Shown here in pieces: positions 62,509 to 64,000 of a stretch of 64,000 nucleotides of DNA. The notes beneath the pieces are model-generated. The model made no database searches. It was not told where the DNA came from and saw only the letters and a program-made list of their open reading frames with translations. Within the stretch, counting starts at the first letter, position 1. Every line of letters starts with the position of its first letter. The DNA is from Oscillospiraceae bacterium. GTDB taxonomy: Bacteria > Bacillota > Clostridia > Oscillospirales > Ruminococcaceae. The stretch is from positions 14,140 to 78,139 of the forward strand of contig JAFLUI010000002.1 in NCBI GenBank assembly GCA_022508825.1, given 5' to 3'. The position numbers were made by a program, and so were the translations under genes.

Positions 62509-63294
62509 ATGGAACAGACTTTGCTTGAAATACATGACCTGTCCGTCTCATTCCGTATGTATGACAGGGGATTTGAACAGACAGACCTGCAGGTGATCGC
62601 CGGTCTGTCCCTGACGGTGTATCCCGGGGAGATAGTCGCTGTTGCAGGTTCCTCGGGAGCGGGGAAAAGTCTGCTTGCTTCTGCCATTCTTGGAATACTC
62701 CCATCAAATGCCGCAGTAAAGGGTCAGCTTCTTTATAAGGGTCGGGAGCTGACACCCGCATTGCAAAAACAGCTCCGGGGGACAGAGATCGCTCTTGTGC
62801 CCCAGTCGGTAGAATTTCTTGACCCGCTGATGAAGGTGGGTGCGCAGGCGGAGGGACACAGCAGAACAGCAGGATCGGCAGATAAACGAAGAGAGCTTTT
62901 CAGACGCTTCGGACTTCCCGATGGAACAGAGAAAATGTATCCATTTCAGCTTTCGGGGGGCATGGCAAGACGTGTGCTGGTGTCCGCCGCTCTTATGACA
63001 GACGCAGAGCTTATTATTGCAGACGAGCCTACACCGGGCATGAGCCTTGACCAGGCGTTGGAGGCTCTTAAAATGTTCCGTGAGCTGGCAGACGAGGGAA
63101 AAGCGGTCATTCTCATAACCCATGACATCGACCTTGCTGCATCATTTGCTGACAGGGTGGCTGTTTTTTATGAGGGGACAACTGTGGAAACGGTCTCTGC
63201 GTCCGATTTTAAAGCAGGCACTTTAAGCCACCCATATTCAAAAGCATTATGGAGGGCTCTGCCCCAGAACGGCTTTGAGTATGAAAGAAAGTGA
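62509..63294 (+). CDS. ABC transporter ATP-binding protein (NikD/DppD type)
   Basis: Walker A GSSGAGKS, signature LSGGMARR, Walker B IIADEPT. Confidence 0.85.
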   Translation: MEQTLLEIHDLSVSFRMYDRGFEQTDLQVIAGLSLTVYPGEIVAVAGSSGAGKSLLASAILGILPSNAAVKGQLLYKGRELTPALQKQLRGTEIALVPQSVEFLDPLMKVGAQAEGHSRTAGSADKRRELFRRFGLPDGTEKMYPFQLSGGMARRVLVSAALMTDAELIIADEPTPGMSLDQALEALKMFRELADEGKAVILITHDIDLAASFADRVAVFYEGTTVETVSASDFKAGTLSHPYSKALWRALPQNGFEYERK

Positions 63295-63303
63295 GGTGCT
63301 TTC

Positions 63304-63906
63304 ATGGCTCTTGAAGCGAGGAATGTCTATTTCAGATATAATAAAAAGTCCCCATGGATACTTGAGGACTGCTCACTTAAAATTGAACGGGGGGAGCGTC
63401 TTGCGGTGCTTGCTCCCAGCGGCTATGGCAAGACCACTCTTGCGATGCTGTTATCGGGCTATCTTGCGCCTGTCAGGGGAGAGATACTGCTTGACGGCAA
63501 GCCGCTGCCAAAAAAGGGGGTCTGTCCCGTCCAGCTTATCTATCAGCATCCCGAAAAGGCGGTGGATCCCCGATGGCGAATGAAGCGCGTCCTTGAAGAA
63601 AGCGGGGGACTCAAAGAAGATATGCTCCCCGCTTTCGGGATAGAGCGGGCATGGCTTGAACGGTTTCCCAGAGAGCTTTCCGGCGGTGAGCTTCAAAGAT
63701 TCTGCGCTGCCAGAGCGCTTATGAGCGGGGCGGACTATCTTATCTGTGATGAGATCAGCACCATGCTGGACGCTGTCACTCAGGCGCAGATATGGAGCGT
63801 CATTTCAGAGGAAGCAGAAAGACGGAATATGGGGCTTATTGCAGTGACCCATAACAGGCATCTGGCGGAGAGGGTGGCGGAAAGAATAGTTGATCTGTCG
63901 GAATAA
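63304..63906 (+). CDS. ABC transporter ATP-binding protein (NikE/DppF type)
   Basis: Walker A APSGYGKTT, signature LSGGELQR, Walker B LICDEIS. Confidence 0.85.
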   Translation: MALEARNVYFRYNKKSPWILEDCSLKIERGERLAVLAPSGYGKTTLAMLLSGYLAPVRGEILLDGKPLPKKGVCPVQLIYQHPEKAVDPRWRMKRVLEESGGLKEDMLPAFGIERAWLERFPRELSGGELQRFCAARALMSGADYLICDEISTMLDAVTQAQIWSVISEEAERRNMGLIAVTHNRHLAERVAERIVDLSE

Positions 63907-64000
63907 TAACCTTTTTTGTGCCGGGAGAAGCCACGGCTTGCCTGACTCATATCATTATTTCAATAGAAAAAACATTTTCATCTTTTAATTCTGTACTGAC

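Noticed and set aside
1-64000. tRNA, rRNA or other canonical RNA genes.
   Set aside because: All intergenic regions longer than about 100 nt were read. None contains a cloverleaf-compatible sequence or rRNA-like conserved stretch. Most are A/T-rich promoter regions or terminator hairpins.

Overview
This window looks like a chromosomal segment of a spore-forming Clostridia bacterium. Cohesin/dockerin surface proteins together with spoVS, spoIIID and cotH suggest a Ruminococcus-like Oscillospiraceae, but that taxonomy is inference only.

- **1-20 kb:** a conserved Firmicutes housekeeping block (rnj, gdpP-rplI-dnaB, tilS-hpt-ftsH, ymdB, spoVS). It is followed by a two-domain PPK2, mgtE and an LRR/cohesin/dockerin surface-protein cluster.
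- **21.1-40.6 kb (main result):** the sporulation regulator gene spoIIID is split into a 5' segment (20962-21086) and a 3' segment (40609-40765) by a ~19.5 kb integrated element.
  - The element ends in a large serine recombinase gene.
  - It is bounded by 22-bp imperfect inverted repeats around a shared CA core.
  - Joining the two segments in silico gives an intact 93-codon SpoIIID ORF, so the architecture resembles the skin element.
- **Element cargo:** the element is compositionally mosaic and carries several unexplained modules.
  - A membrane-embedded NACHT NTPase with an HNH nuclease gene.
  - A 4-gene operon of glycine-zipper/DUF697-like membrane proteins, including a paralogous pair, next to an XRE regulator.
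  - A 774-aa orphan gene.
  - A Zn-ribbon amidoligase plus class-II amidotransferase pair next to a small serine recombinase.
  - A decayed MobC/relaxase module.
  - A truncated copy of the element's first gene lies just outside attL.
- **40.8-64 kb:** ordinary metabolism and transport.
  - DUF3237, an esterase, a GH13 enzyme, a MATE transporter and CotH.
  - An amidohydrolase and an AbrB-like protein.
  - A hybrid histidine kinase followed by iorAB-paaK.
  - An Fe-ADH.
  - larB followed by a Nik/Opp-type ABC importer.

I found no rRNA, tRNA or CRISPR array. All calls come from reading the translations and the DNA by eye; no database searches were run.
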